NCBI GenBank assembly: GCA_028534125.1 | Contig: CM052816.1 | Location: 25,236,001-25,300,000 of the forward strand | Direction: 5' to 3' | DNA: 64,000 nt | Source of the DNA: Lama glama | Taxonomy: Eukaryota | Part shown: piece after piece, positions 50,091 to 64,000 of the stretch | How positions within the stretch are numbered: position 1 is the first letter of the stretch | Layout: each line of letters starts with the position of its first letter | The notes under the pieces: generated by a model | Databases searched by the model: none | The model's input: the letters and a program-made list of their open reading frames with translations, nothing else | Told to the model about the DNA's origin: nothing | Program-made: the position numbers and the translations under genes

Positions 50091-50984
50091 GACCTAGAAG
50101 TGCAAACTTTAGTTCCTAAAGAGAGAAAGTATAGTCTATAGCCATGGAAGATGTTTTTTTCTGCTATTAATAACATACTTAATAAAACTGTACATCCATC
50201 ATTTTATTTGGTTCTCTCAACTTAACCTTCAGAGAAGCTGAGTTACCCCATAAGTGGAAAATACAAAACTCAAGAACTCAGGGGATGTGCTTTTCCAGGA
50301 GCCCATGGACCAAGGCTGTGTCACTGAGGTAGAGGTGCCGGCTTAAGAGATCTGGGTGACTGGTCAACAAGTCATATCTGGCTTCTAGTTTTTCTCTTAT
50401 CTTGAGAGACACATAGGATGGTAATCCAATAGGATGTGTGTACATAGGAGGCTAGAAAATGACATGTCCAAAATGAAGTGGGGGCACATTTCAGGTAGAA
50501 TTACCCACTCTTACTCTGCCTCTTGCATTGTTTCCCCTTCCGTGATTCATGACCACAGGAGCCAACAGGAGAGCCTCCCAAAGCTGGAGAGTTCTTTCTC
50601 TCAAATCTAGAAAATTTCATCAGGTGTTTTGTGTAACACCAGTGTTGCACAACTCCAGAGGGCATCATTTGCTCACACTTTACAATATTGTGCCCCAGGA
50701 GGTAACATAAAATAAGACAGGAATAAGGATTCCTGGAATCAAGTAATCTGAAGTCCTAAACACCTAATATTAAGACAAGATGCGTGAATGGTCTGGCACT
50801 TTGGAGATGGAGTAGGCACAAAGTCCTACCAGCCCAACTGCTGAGACCACACATGTCTGTCTTAAGCCAGGTCCTGTCTAAGGAGATTCCTAGGGGTTGC
50901 CTCAATGCTAAGAGTTTCCACTGAGAACCGAAATAAGCTTTTCAAGGCTTAGAACAGAGACCTAAGAGACTTTGAATCTATTTG

Positions 50985-51182
50985 GGTGCCCAATGGGATA
51001 ACCACTGGCAACATGTGGCAATTAAACATTTAAATCAATTATAATAAAATTAAATTAAAAATTCAGATCCTGTCACTATGCACATTTCAATTGCCCAATC
51101 GCCACATGTACTTAATGACTATAATATTAGGTAGTGCAAATGTAGAGGGTTTTCTTTCTCACAGAAAATTCTGTGGGACAGA
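50985..51182. mobile_element. MER3/MER33-type hAT-Charlie element
   Basis: ccactggcaacatgtggcaatt...cacatttcaattgcccaatcgccacatgt...cagaaaattctgtgggacag. Confidence 0.8.
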
Positions 51183-52539
51183 GAACTTACAGTAGTTCTG
51201 GAATCCAGAATCTAAATTAGCCTCTTCTTTTCCTATGGTCATCAGGACAGCTTTGGATTTCATCAGGAAGGCCAAGTGAGTCAGTGGGGAGGAGCTAGTC
51301 CTGGCAGATACCTGCCCTCAGGACAAGGCTGGAATGGCCAGCCTTGAGCTGTCAGTGCCTGAGACGTTAGTACAGGAGAGGGGGTGTTTCTGAAGATGTG
51401 CTCTACGAGCAGCATTCGTGAGGAGGTGGTGACACATCTCCTAAATTACAGGGTCCTCTGTAGAAATAGCTTCTCTGTCAAGTCTTCTACCTTGGATGTC
51501 ACTGGAGAGAATGTCCAGTTGGGTGAACAGAATCTTTTCATTACCTAGTGAGCACAAAAATGAGCTTATCTGAGGGCAGAATTGTGTTGATTGTCAAAAT
51601 GCCTTTCTCATCCACAAAGGATATACTAGGGAAGATACCTATCACCTGTTCTGCATGTCAAGAAGAGAACATAGCCACATGAACTTTATATGCAGTCCAT
51701 CAATTAAAAGCACTTGACATTTTCTGTAACACATCCCCATGATATGAATCATCCACTGTCCAGTAAATGGGTTATGCTGAACATTTGCATTCATTAGCTG
51801 AGCTGTCATAAAGACAGAGTGTTAGGATTGTTACTTCTAGTCCTCATTCTGAGCATTAGGCACTTGGGAAACAGACTTTGCTCGTGTAGCCCATAGCAGG
51901 TGTCAGCATATGAGCTGCCATCAGCATCTCTCTTCTCTCTTACTGTGCTTTTCAATGAGTGCTAAAGAATTGCTTTAGGAGCTGGAGGAAGCTGTCAGAT
52001 CCCTTGTGAGATTAAATGAACAAGCTTAACAGAACAGAAAGGCAAAAGGAGATCTGCTCGTGCAGGGGCACGCTGGCTTTGGCTTGCAGCTGTCAGGAAA
52101 AGGGAGCTCCAGTGCCAGCAGTAAAAATGGGCTCCTGCTGGAGTCACTTCATGCTATGATTTTCTTAGAAAAGTACAGTTTTCTTGGGCATGCCTATTTA
52201 AACACTTTGGAGAGAATATTTTACCAGAAAGAATTTGTTTTGTCTTCAAAATGTTTCTGATAATATGCAAACCCTCCAAAACAAATAAGTGCTTTCCTGA
52301 AACTCTTCACTTCTCACAGCTACTCTAGTTACTATTGGGGCCAACCTATAGATGTATATATCTCCATTGGGATGTGCTTGCCTCCCATGCACTCTGCAGA
52401 CCAACGACACTACCATCCAAACCACCCCAAAGTCCCAAAATACACTTTCCTGCTCAGGTTTAGCAGAGGGTCTGAAAGATGATGACCAAGTATGACTTTC
52501 TTCTGAATAATCAGATTCTCTTTGGTGACACAGCACACC

Positions 52540-53570
52540 AAGTTAGGCATCTCATTCTCATTCTCTTTTGCTAGTCCCTCCTCATCTGCTCTCTCAATGT
52601 CTAAGTGCTCCAGAAACTAGTTATTGAGCTTCTCCAGGTGACCTCATCTAGCCCCCTAATATTGTCTCACATGTATGCTGCTGAGTTCCAAAATCAAATC
52701 TCCATTTCCTTAAGACATCCAAAATTTGCCTCCACATGTCCATCTGATAAATGTGGTGCACACAAAGCGTTCTCCATCTTAGTTAGTAGCAACCTGCTCC
52801 TTGCAGTTGCTCAAACCAAAAGTGTTAGATAACATTTGAATCACTTGGTGAGGTGCTAGTGAATGCTCCACAATCAACCCTCTAGGGGAAAAAAAAATTT
52901 GTCTAGTTTGCTCATTCCCATGTGCAAACGTTCTCACCACGGCTAGAAGCTATCTATGTGACTTCACTGTGGGCAGAGATAAGAAGCAATGGCACGATCA
53001 GCTCTTGCAAGCTAGTGTAAGTTGGCTCCAGCACACCACTGGGCTCTCATCTCTTTCCCTCACATCCCACACTCAGTGCAGAAGTAAACCGAACTGGCTT
53101 TACCTGTAAACCACATCAGACTCCCTAAGTCTTTCTCAGCCCTTGCACTGTACCACTTCATGTTCTACTCACCAGCATCTCTCACCTCAAGTTTTGCAAT
53201 AGCCTCTGAACTAATCTCCTTTAGCCCGTATAGTCTGTTCTGAGCCAGAGGGATCTTTACAAAAATTAAATCATGTCACTCCTCTGTTCAGAACCTTCTA
53301 GTAGCTTCTATCTTAGCTGGCAATGTAAAAGCCATCAAATAGTACTCCATTACTACTTTCTTTCTCTGTGTTTACCTTATCTTCTAATATAATTTACTGT
53401 TTTATCATTTACTTGTCTGCTTTCCCATTCTAGAATGTAAGTTCCATATTACTACATGGAGCATATTTATCCCTTTTGTTGAAACCCCAACTCCTAGAAG
53501 AGGAAACAGATATACACTAAGCATTCAATAAATAATTGTTGAATGAATGAATAAATTAATAAGTGAATCT
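52540..53570 (+). mobile_element. L2 3' region interrupted by MER63
   Basis: agccagagggatctttac; tagaatgtaagttccat; tail caataaataattgttgaatgaatgaat. Confidence 0.8.
52847..53041 (-). mobile_element. MER63-type hAT-Blackjack element
   Basis: Terminus ggctccagcacaccactg; degenerate opposite TIR ggtgaggtgctagtgaatg. Confidence 0.75.
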
Positions 53571-54294
53571 TACCTCTTGACTTTTTTGATCTGGTTGCTT
53601 CTCATTTTGCTATCCTCCTGCTTCCTGGGCCTGACCTACCACTAACCATAATGCATCCTGCCTCACTCCCAACCTGTACCACTGTCCTTACTGCTTTAGA
53701 CCTCACACTTGATGGGTCAGCACCTGACACCTCCCTAGTTCTTATCCACTTCCAGCGCTACCTGTTTTGATCTTCCTCATTGCTGGCCACAACCTGGTAT
53801 GACATATAGAATATTCCTTTTCAGCTGTCTCCCAGCATCTTCAAATTTTTAGAAACCTGCCCAAAGTGAGTAATTAATATAACCCATTTGCTCTCCTATC
53901 TCTGACACTGTGAGGATCACTGAAAACTAGTAATTTAGGTGAATGATCATACTTCTATATTAAGCAAGTACCCATCATCATTGGTGCAAGTACGTAAAAG
54001 GGGAGTTAGTGGGCAAATAAATAGTCATGATAACTAATATTTATTAGCACTTACACTACTCTTTGTTGGGCACTCTGTCTTTATTCTTTTCACATTTTTT
54101 CATGTCCACTTTTGTCAACTTAGATCAAGAGTTTGAATTTCTGAAGTAGCCTTTCAATCATAATCCATGTTTTTACCTTTTTCCTCCTAATACTATTCAC
54201 ACTATAATCTCCCTGACTTTTAAAAGTATTTTAAAACCCTCCTGAGCCCTCTCATCATAATTACTAAAAAGCCAGGCTCTCTATCAATGTCCAG

Positions 54295-54490
54295 TGATAA
54301 TACTTAACATCAGCAGGTGCTTACTGTTTCCAGTCTTGCTTGAATGATTTGTGTATAATTATCATATTTAATGCCCTCAACAATCCAGTGAGGTAGAAAA
54401 AGAGGCATGAAGAGGTTAAATGATTTTGTTCAGTGTCATGCATTTAATCAGTGGTGAAGCTGGAATTTAAACCCACTCATTTATTCTGCT
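54295..54490 (-). mobile_element. MIR
   Basis: catatttaatgccctcaacaatccagtgaggtag...gaggttaaatgatttt. Confidence 0.7.
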
Positions 54491-54834
54491 ATCCTGTTCC
54501 CCAAATGAGTAAACTGGCCAAAGGTACTTTCACAGCTTCACCTCCTACCATGGCCTCCACATACTAAACTGCACCACAGACATACAGGTGCTTTTTCTCC
54601 TCCTGAAACACATGAAACTTAATGCCCTTCATCAGTGAGGCTTTCCAGAGCCACCCAATCTGAAGTGCGATCTTCTCTCTGTTAGCAGCCAGTTCATCTC
54701 CCTCACAAGGGTAATCACAACTTAAGCATTTACTTGTTTCTTTACATACTCATTCTGTTTGCCCACCACATACATATTTTATTCAAAACAGGCTTCACCT
54801 TAAACTTTTCCATTTCTTAAACCTTTGTCAAAAC

Positions 54835-54985
54835 CATCTATGTCATTGAATCTTCACCACAAACCCTGAGAAAGTACTACTTTTTTTTGACACGCATAGT
54901 AACTAACTTGCCCAAGGTCGAAGAACCTGTAGGTGGTGAAGCCTGGATTGGAACCCCAACCCTTCTGGTTGCAAAGTGCTAGCAA
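54835..54985 (-). mobile_element. MIR
   Basis: taacttgcccaaggtc...gcctggattggaaccca. Confidence 0.7.
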
Positions 54986-57900
54986 GCTTACTTATGCCCT
55001 AAGTGCTCAAGATTTGAGGACCCTAAACAAGGAGATTACTGAAGCAGCTGGCAGATAGGCTTAATAATCTCCTCTATAATTACCTGCAAATTTGTAAACC
55101 TTGAAGTGAAAAATAAATCCTCCCTCCTCAGGTTTCTTTTTAGAATGATGACTGAATGACCGAATGGAGCCTCATCTTGGGGGCTTGCACTAAGCAAATC
55201 ACATCGCAAGAAGGCAGCTAATTGCTGAACTTGATTGCAACTGCTAATCACAGTCATCGGGAGAAAAAGTGTTGGGAATTAATTAGGCAAGGACCTTCTG
55301 AACAGCAGCAGGAAGCCTCCAAGTGACCTTTATTTACAGTCAGTTAAACAGAAGTGTGACTAAAAATGCCAGGGAGCAAATCAGATTATTAATATTGATT
55401 GCTTAAAGAAAATGAATAATTTAGAAGCCTAGTCAGAATAAATATCCAGTGACAGAGATGAAAGAGCACAGCAGACCACATTTCTAACATTCATCCGTCA
55501 TACGGCAGTGTCCCCTGCTCAGAAATTAAGAATTCTCACCCTCACAAAGCACAATTAGTTTCATGACCCAGCATGACTGCCACTAGGAACTGTTCTCATT
55601 CAGCCAAGCATAGGGGAAATCCAGGGTGTTGAACTAAAGCTTTTGTCAACACTTTGCATGGTAAACTCATTACAAGTCCATGGAAGGTTTACTTTCCAAT
55701 TTTTATCAATAAAACATCAACCAAAAGAAGTTGGATTGCATTTTCTGTACTTACTAAGTAAAGCTCACAGGTGTCAGTTTTTGATGACTGTATGCCTTTT
55801 GTGGTGCATATATGACAGAAGTTCTCAACAGGAAAGGCAAAGGTTTCAGATTGCTCACAAGTAGAGATTTTCAGAGGTTATCTCCAACTTCTAATAAAAG
55901 ATCCCTTTCATATGCTGAGGTCAGTTTTATACCATACTTCCCCAGCAACATGCCTCTGTCCTAATTCCATTTGATGATAAGACAGACATAGAATATTTAT
56001 ATAGCAAGATCTTGAACAGGTACTTCTGAATTACAGGTTTTCTGGAAGCAGTGATTTTTGAGATTTTTATGCCATGTTGAAGGATTTAAGTTATCTTTAA
56101 AGTTACACTCTTCTCTACCTGGATATACTAATTAGATTTCCTGGTGGGGGGTTGTTGCTATAATTATGTTTTAGGGCAGTAGATATTAATAGTTTTGCTG
56201 AAGTGGAAATATTTCAGAACTACCACAGTGGTAGAGAATCCAGGCATATTCACTTTGGATGGGACTCAGAGAAATTAAGCTCTGTTGCTATCAGATTAAT
56301 GTAGCAAATTAACTAGCCGTGTTCAAGGCAGCCACAGTTTCTATATGACAGTAAACATAATTTGTAAACCAATCAATAAAGCAAGTCAAATCATTCATTT
56401 TCTCTATCCAGTATAGACATTAGTATTCATTTATGCCTATACTAATTTATGTCATTCATATCATATATCAGGTATAGATAATAGCACTATCTCATACACA
56501 TATCAGAGAAGTAAATACTTAGAATAAATGTTTTCCAGTGAAGAAAATTGCATTTTTCCCCTCACAGTTATTTGAAGTACATTCCCTTAATACTCAGCTA
56601 TACAATGTCAAAATGTATTGCTGGATAATCTCCCCTGGTGTTCCATTGCCCTAGAGTTGGGAAGGAACCAAATGCAAGCCTCAGTGAAGCTGAGATAATT
56701 TCATGTGTGAATTATTGACTTGCATTGGTCTCATTCTGTCGCCTGTTAGATTTTAGCAAATACTGCAGCTCTTGGTCTGCTTGATCCTAGGTGAGACCCA
56801 AGACCAGCACACTTAATGTTCTTGTGGTCAAAAAAAAATAAATAAAAGTGGTACTAAAGGTTAGAAGATTGCACCAAGTATGGCTAATATCTTTCAATAT
56901 GGCTGTTATTGATTTAAGCATTGATAGGGTATTTGTCAAGCATGAATGAATTCTTGCTTCTCCTTTACAAATAGAGGTTGATAGTAATGGTGGTCCTTTT
57001 CTAAGGGAACTAGTTGTTTATTTCCTGGTAACAGGAATTATTACTAGCTTTTGACCTTTCCCAGGGAGCAATAGGAATGTCATCCAATAATGTATCTATT
57101 TATTATTGTATGGACTTTTTTCATGAGAACTAAATTAATATAGCAGTCCTTTTGAAAGGAGAAAAGGTCATGTGAAAATCAGATTCCTCAGTCCTCTGTG
57201 ATAAAGGACCTGAATGCCAGCACTGCAGTCTGATCATCTTCTGCTGGAAGATTTTCCTTTACTAGGTATTTTATAGGGACATAAAGGTTAGTAGGGAATT
57301 TTTCTTTGCCCCACAAATTTGGAAAACATTGTTATTTATAGGCTGTTTTATACTATTTCTAGTATCTCTTCCTGGATGTTTTAAATTAGCTTGTTGTTTT
57401 TTAAAACATGCAAAACTGATGCTCAAAGGAAATGCAACAGCAACAACAAAATACAGAGAGCTTTAATTAAATGCTGGTGTAAAGCCTTAATCACATGTGA
57501 TGTTAGAGTAACACAATTTTTATTGAGGTGTGCTAAATGATTCAGGTAGCTGGCAGGTGGGTTATCACAAGTCATTAGACTGTGAGGGATTTTATGGGCT
57601 CTTGTTTGCATCTAGATACTAGCACACTGACTGTGGCAACCTTCTTCTCCAAAGCAATTTTCATTTTCAAAAAAACCAAACCATGCAGAATTATGGCCTC
57701 GTCTTTAGATTCCAAAACCCTACCTGGAATGGAACTAGACCGGGTAAAAAGCAAAGCTCACCTTTTCTGATTCTTTTTCTGTTCTGAGGCGACAAAATGA
57801 ATCAGGTTCATTTTGAATCAAAATGAATTCAATGAAAGGCACTAATGTGCCAATTGTGCCTCTTTTAATACATGCAAGCTAACATTAAATACATGATGGT

Positions 57901-60739
57901 ATGGCATTCTTAGATTTCTTTCTTTTGCTACTGGAGGGTGGTGATTTTCACATCAATTTTGTGTCATTTGTAATGCGGAGGCCTGGCTTTACGTGCAGAT
58001 GTGCCCTATTTCTTTCCATTATGGGAAGTAAGAAATATGATTGCAGTAATTCCTGGTGTCAGATTATCAAAGCAGCATCTTTAGAATTTGTAAGTGTGCT
58101 GTTGTTATTTTATACCTTTGTTTATACACAGATTAAAACACAGTCCCCCATGGCACAACCATCAGGTAATTGAATAGAATGTTTAAGGCTGCCACAAAGC
58201 AATGGAGCAGTGCTTGAATGTCTTGGAAATAGAGTCAACACCTGAGAAATTTTCTCCATTGTCTTTCCCATGGCTTTGAAGTTTTTGATAATGCTGAAAA
58301 GATACAACAAAAATGGTATTATTTAATGAACAAAGAAATGTAGCTAGTCACTATACTGCCTGCTACAGGAAAGAAAGATTTTTTTTCAGTATTACTTGAA
58401 GGATTTCAGGGGTTAGGGTGGATATTTTCCATATAATTAATTTCATCTTAATTTGCTTAGCTTTCTGGAGATGATCATCATATTGAAATTGCAATATGTG
58501 TCTTTGTCTTTTTCATCCCCCTGAAGTCTCAGCATAATTTAGAACCAGGGAGAAGTAATTCTTTTGCACTTTACATGCAAGTCACAGTTTCCTTATTGGG
58601 TTCCAAAGGATCCCTGGTCTCCAAGCTCCAGTACACAGCTGCCACTGCATATGTTGCTGCCGAAAACTAAAACTTGCTGAAATAATCATTCCCTATGTTT
58701 TTAAGAGGCTGTGTTTAAAGTACTGCTTGACACATCTCATTTCTTTAGGGAACTTGAGCTCATATGGCAAAACAGCAGAGCTAATAAAAAATCCAAGATT
58801 TTTTTTTTTCTGGTTAATATTGGATATTACGAACACTCCTTAGAATCAGAATTCTTTTGAGCCTGAGGCATTGTATGTACTTTAGTTTCTAGAAGGTATA
58901 ACACAAATATAAATTAACACCATATAGTGAATATAAAATTTGAATCCTTTTCCATGCACATGATTTAAAAACAAATTTTCTATACACACACAAAACTAGT
59001 TATATTTAAAACCATTAAAGGCTTTATTAATTTTTTTCTTCTATTATCTTGCTGCAGATTATTTCCAGAACTTTTTAGAATAAGTAGCAAAAATGGAAAA
59101 TAGTGTTTAAATTGCTTTACTAGCATATAGAATCCATGTCAGTTACCTTAAGTCAACAGGTTATATGAGCTCCTCCATCTAGGTGGAGAGATTTCCAAGA
59201 CTAGATGTCCGTGCACTTCTTCCTGTATTACATATAAATAAGACAGTAAAAAATATAACTCCCACCCAATAATTTCCAAAGTTAACACAGAAAGAACTAT
59301 TTGGACACAGCCAGGATCTTCATTCATTTTAAAATTAGGTTGCTGTGGGAGAACATTCTTTCTGAAAATAAAAAGCTTTGTTATCAATATCCCTGAGATG
59401 TGAAATTAAAAATATAAGTTAATGGTAGATAGTCTGGGAAGAATTTGATTACAGCCTGAATAGCAAATTAGCATTTAGGGTTTCCTACCTTTTTCTTTCA
59501 AAAACATTCTTAACAAATAGGAATACCAAGGGAATTTTTCTCAAAGCCCCAAGCATGTTTTGTGGAGTTTTTAGTCCCCCCGCCACCCACCATTCTGGAC
59601 TTCTAGATTGTCAAACAGAAATAGGAAACATTTCTAAATGAAAAATTGTTCTAAGTGTGGTTTTATCCAATAATCATTACCAGATTGAATTTCACAGAAT
59701 TCTAAAGATTTTTGTTTTTATGTTTGAGAGAGAAAGGGAAAATGAGTTGCATTTGAGTATTTCAGTGGTTTTGAAAATAATATTTACGTTTAAATTTAAA
59801 TGCAAAGTGTAGATAATTTAAGGTAGAATGGAATTCAGTAATTACAGAGTCCGCTTTTAGCTAAGTCTTAATTAGTGTGGAAGAAGATCTTTTGTGGCTT
59901 CATAGCATTCAGATGATGTTAGAAGATTCTGAGGCAGGAAAGTAGATGTACATTCCTTTGACTTTTTTCTTGGGAAAGTTGGAAGTGCATCCCCCAGGGA
60001 GGATACATTTCTCCTTGCCTGCTTCCTAGCCCTTAGAAACACAGGAAGTGACCAGAATAGTTGTATTTGATAATTATTTAACCACTCAATTTCTGAATAA
60101 TTCAATGATTAATTTTTTTCTTAATCAGAAAGGTTGTAACTGTGGCTAATATAAGATAATTTGTAAAAATCTTGTGATTAACTACTTAAAGATGAAAAAA
60201 GCTGTTTAAGACTTAAACCGTTTAGCTCTTTATAAATAAAACTTACACTGATCAGATAGATCTTTGCCCCTAACAATTCATGTGTACCATGTTTACCATG
60301 TCACAATCCATTTTATATCCATGCTTGACTCTCAATAAACTCATCTTCCTTTACCAAACCCAATGAAAATTGAAATGATTTCAATTACTATGGTTACAAG
60401 GTTTGACTATATGGATCAGTTTTTATAAAATACTTTACTCTTTTGTTCAACTATCTTAATAGGCAGTTCTAGTAAACAGTGTGAAATCCATAAATGAACA
60501 TGTTTAGAATACCAGATGTGGCAAACTAGCACTATCTGGGATTGAATTTTATATGAACTTAATCATTCTGGATAAAGATTACAGCTCAAAATATCTATAC
60601 TCTCAAAAAATATATATGGATCTGGAGCATTATTCATCATTATTTAGAACATCTAAGAAAAATACTTTGTATAATAGGTTTAATTACCCCCAGTTGAGGT
60701 TGTGACAGAACTGTGTATAAAACTCTTTACAAATATCTT

Positions 60740-61530
60740 AACATGAGAGGAAAAAAAGTGTTTTAAAAATACAGAGCCAGTTGACTAATTGATTGCTTAT
60801 GTGGGAGTTTGCATAAGAAATAACAGAGAGTGGGGTATTAGTCCTGCCCATAAAAGAGGGGAAGAGTATGATGTGTAGACCCTGAGGAGACACTACTGAG
60901 TAGACTTGACTGATAACTTGTGAGAAGCAAGAGACCAGAAGCCAAGAGTGACTTAAGAGTTGTCAGCCTTTAGATTTGGCTAGCTGGACAGAAAATGATT
61001 GTATGAAAAGAAATAGGGGAAATAGAGGAATTTTTGGATACTATAATCAGTTCTGCTTAGAACTTTTTGAGTTTAGCTGAACCTCCAGGATAGAATATCT
61101 AAATGAGAGATGGAAACAATTAATTGCTTTGATGTTGAGGCTGGAGATACAGATGTGGGAGTCATCTATACTCATATCTATCTGTGTATTTACTGATGGA
61201 AAGTAAATGAACACAGAATAAACTAACAGTTACCTGTAAGCCTGCTACCCAGAAAATAACCAGATAATATAATAGAATACAATATAATGTATTTTCCAAT
61301 CCTTCCATTACACACATTTATATACATGAATGTGCTTTTCATCCACTCACTTGCATGCGTAACTATTCTGTTCTGAACGCTTGTAAGCAGGCAGCTAAGG
61401 TGTTTGAGCATAACATTATTTCAAAGCCCTAGAGTTTATTTCTCACCTTGTGACCAAATTGCAGGAATGGTATCTAGGAGGAAAAATAAGACTGGGAGAA
61501 CACCTTGCAAATTCCAACATATTAAGTGCT
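60740..61530 (-). mobile_element. Degenerate L2 fragments
   Basis: gaggctggagatacagatgtgggagtcatc. Confidence 0.5.
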
Positions 61531-62954
61531 AGTAAATATGTTTTTTATTTTGTTGTATTTTTTTTAGCACGTCTTATTTAAAAGAGGATTTGAGTCAAAA
61601 AAAAAACCTATTAAAAATACCTCTGTATTTTAAGTTAATACATCAAATCAAAGTTGCCCCACTGATTCCCTTCCACCTTCCTCAGGCTTACACCTCTTCA
61701 GTCTGAGACATGATTTCAGCCAAATTAAAGTAAATGCTGATTAGGATGATCAAATAACTGTTTGGCAAATCAAATGTCTTTTCTTACGTTAAGGAAAAGA
61801 GCTTGCTCTAAGCTGGTACACATCACAATTACGGCAGTGCTGCTTGGACCTGTGATAATGGTTTTAGACATAGCCTCAGATTGCTGAGTTTCAGAAGCTC
61901 CAACCAGAACTGCAATTCTCTGCAATGTCTTAATGCAAGCACACAAGATGTGAAAAAAAATTATTCAGGGAAGAAAATTATATGTAAATAGGAGGTATGA
62001 AAAAATTGCCTTAATCTGTGCTCCAATAACATAGTCTAAAAATACAAAGAACAGTGGGTGTGTGCTTCTCCAATCTCCAGCGAAAAAAACATCCAGAAGT
62101 TCACAGAGCTCAACTGTTTTTCCAAGATGCCTGATTAGGAAAATCAATTAACTTGGCATAATGGGCCCTGTGGAGAAATTGCTTCATTTCTATGGACTGG
62201 GAAGAAAAAATGTGAAAAACCTATGTTTTCTATTGCTGTACCCTTCCACAAAGCTATGAAAGCAAAAGAATAAAAAGAAAGATGCCTTATGGTGTCTCCA
62301 CCTGGTTGAGCCTCAGCTACCATTGTGATCCCAACCTCTTTCCCATAGAATTCGGGTTTTCATATATAGTTTCTGGGCAGATTTTTACTCAGGGCTACCA
62401 CTGTGTCTTAGGGTTCTGGCCTTCCAAGACTAGCTTCTAAATAGGATGTAATCTCTCCAAGTTACCCTTTCTTTGGAGATCTGGAAAATAAATAGACCTT
62501 GACCTTTTTTTTTTTTCAGTTTCAGTTTTCATACTAATGTGGGCTGATGGCGTAAGGAGCAACAATGGCCAAAACAAACACAAATTATGGTGTTTCCAGA
62601 AATTTTCCAACTTTGTCTTGGTGATAATCCCAGATACTGGGAGACTTTTGCTCCAGAGCATGAAGTTAATCAACTTTTGCTTTCCTTCAGTCCCTGGATC
62701 TTCTCTAGATGATAAAGAGTACTTTGTTATTTCAAATATGGTTGATTCGTCAGAAAAGCCTGACAAAATTCAGTGTGAGAATAGGTGTGATCCATAGGAC
62801 ATTTATATAAATCTGATCTTAGGAGGGTGATTTGCATTTCTAGAGCTTACAAGACTGACTCTCATCAGTTAAGTGCTTTCTGTTCTCCGGGTCCAAGGTC
62901 ATAGTAGGGCATTTTCTCCCCATGAAAGTTCTGAACCATCTAAACAGAAGCTAC

Positions 62955-63150
62955 AATCTGGATGTCTGTGATACTGCTTGAATCTCAATCTTTGCTCCAC
63001 AGATACTGCATGAATAAGTTAATCTCTCTGCCTTCAAGTCTCATCTATAAAGGAGAGGTCATATTACCTACCTCCTAGGGACGCTGTGAGAAGTCAGTAA
63101 GTTAATAAGATAAAATAGCCCACAACTGTGCCTTTCACATTATATAATTA
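62955..63150 (+). mobile_element. MIR
   Basis: aagttaatctctctgccttcaagtctcatctataaa...acctacctcctaggg. Confidence 0.7.
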
Positions 63151-63202
63151 CTGTCATTGCCAGATTTATTTTGCAATGAAGTTGGGTTTGGCCTATATCA
63201 GT

Positions 63203-63586
63203 TTTTAATGGATGGAATTGTTTCCCCCTCAAAATTTGTATATTGAAGTCCTAACCCTCAGAACCTCAGCATGCGCCTGTATTTAGAGATAGGGTCTTTT
63301 AAGAGACAATTAAGTTATGAGATCATTAGGTTGGACCTTAGTCTGATATGACTGGTGTGCTTTAAGAAGAGATTAGGACACAGACAGAGAGGAAGAACAT
63401 GTGAGGACATAGGGAGAAGATGGACATCTCCAAGACGAGGAGAGAGGCCTCAGAAAAAACCAACGCAGCCAGCACTTTGAGCTCCAATGTCTAGCTTTCA
63501 GAACTGTGAGAAAGTAAATTTCTCTTGTTTAGAAGACGAAACAAAATTTATGGTACCTTGTTTGGCAGCCCTAGGAAACTAATACA
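63203..63586 (+). mobile_element. MaLR LTR (MLT1A/B-like), near full length
   Basis: tattgaagtcctaacccctcagaacctcag...gagatagggtcttt...ggcagccctaggaaactaataca. Confidence 0.9.
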
Positions 63587-64000
63587 AATGGACTTTAAAA
63601 ATTGAAATTTTCTGATAAAAATTCTTCTTTGGAGACTCTCTTGAAAATCAAGAGATCTTACAAGGGTGGACCCCCCCTCAGCTACATGGAAACAATACAT
63701 GGCAGTTGAATGAAAGATACTGTTCTTGTAGAGAGAGGATGGATTATCCAGTTGACCCCAAGACCATCATTTCCCATTTTCTCACATCCAATCCCTGACC
63801 CCATTGGTATTTATGGCACCTGATCTAAAGGTCTAGTTCCTTTTGGGTTATTATTAATATTGGTTCTATTTATCTGGAGTTATCTAGACAGTCCCTAGTG
63901 TAGACTTTCTCCTGTCCTGACACCCCGGGAAAACCTTCATAGGGATGACAGCACACCATTGGTGGGTTTGGGGTTGTTCACAGGTAGTTTCCCCTGTAAT

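Noticed and set aside
54080..54290. Faint resemblance to mitochondrial cytochrome b (ctcctaatacta...cctgac), suggesting a NUMT
   Set aside because: It needs many indels and the conserved GDPDN motif is absent; probably compositional coincidence. BLASTN against mtDNA would settle it.
59147..59222. Minus-strand exon-like segment (cag|GAAGAAG...AAG|gtaact)
   Set aside because: The polypyrimidine tract is poor and all three frames contain stops.
224..62797. The many 60-154 aa ORFs in the track as host protein-coding genes
   Set aside because: They show low-complexity F/L/S/C-rich composition, many non-ATG starts, no recognisable domains and no consistent exon chain. The recognisable ones are L1 or Tigger derived.

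Overview
This is 64 kb of AT-rich, CpG-depleted placental-mammal genomic DNA, either intronic or intergenic. Two tRNA-derived SINEs resemble the camelid Vic-1 family and no Alu, B1, Bov-A, PRE1 or Can-SINE was seen, so the host is most likely a camelid (inference). I can support no cellular protein-coding exon, RNA gene, or prokaryotic or CRISPR feature. The ORF track is noise or transposon-derived (L1 ORF1, Tigger transposase N-terminus). The window is mostly old and lineage-specific repeats (L1, L2, MIR, hAT/Tigger MERs, MaLR and ERV1 LTRs), with several apparently repeat-free blocks rich in transcription-factor motifs and one 100-N gap. The most interesting locus is a MER44/Tigger7 copy at 6299-7167. 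It retains the window's only CpG cluster (17 CpG in about 155 bp, with an NRF1-type site) and an open 103-aa transposase-derived ORF whose stop codon and AATAAA come from a nested L1 tail. A + strand splice donor also sits at its terminus. It is a candidate exapted, possibly bidirectional promoter or mini-gene, but this is unproven. Repeat family names and most repeat boundaries come from visual recognition and need RepeatMasker/Dfam confirmation.
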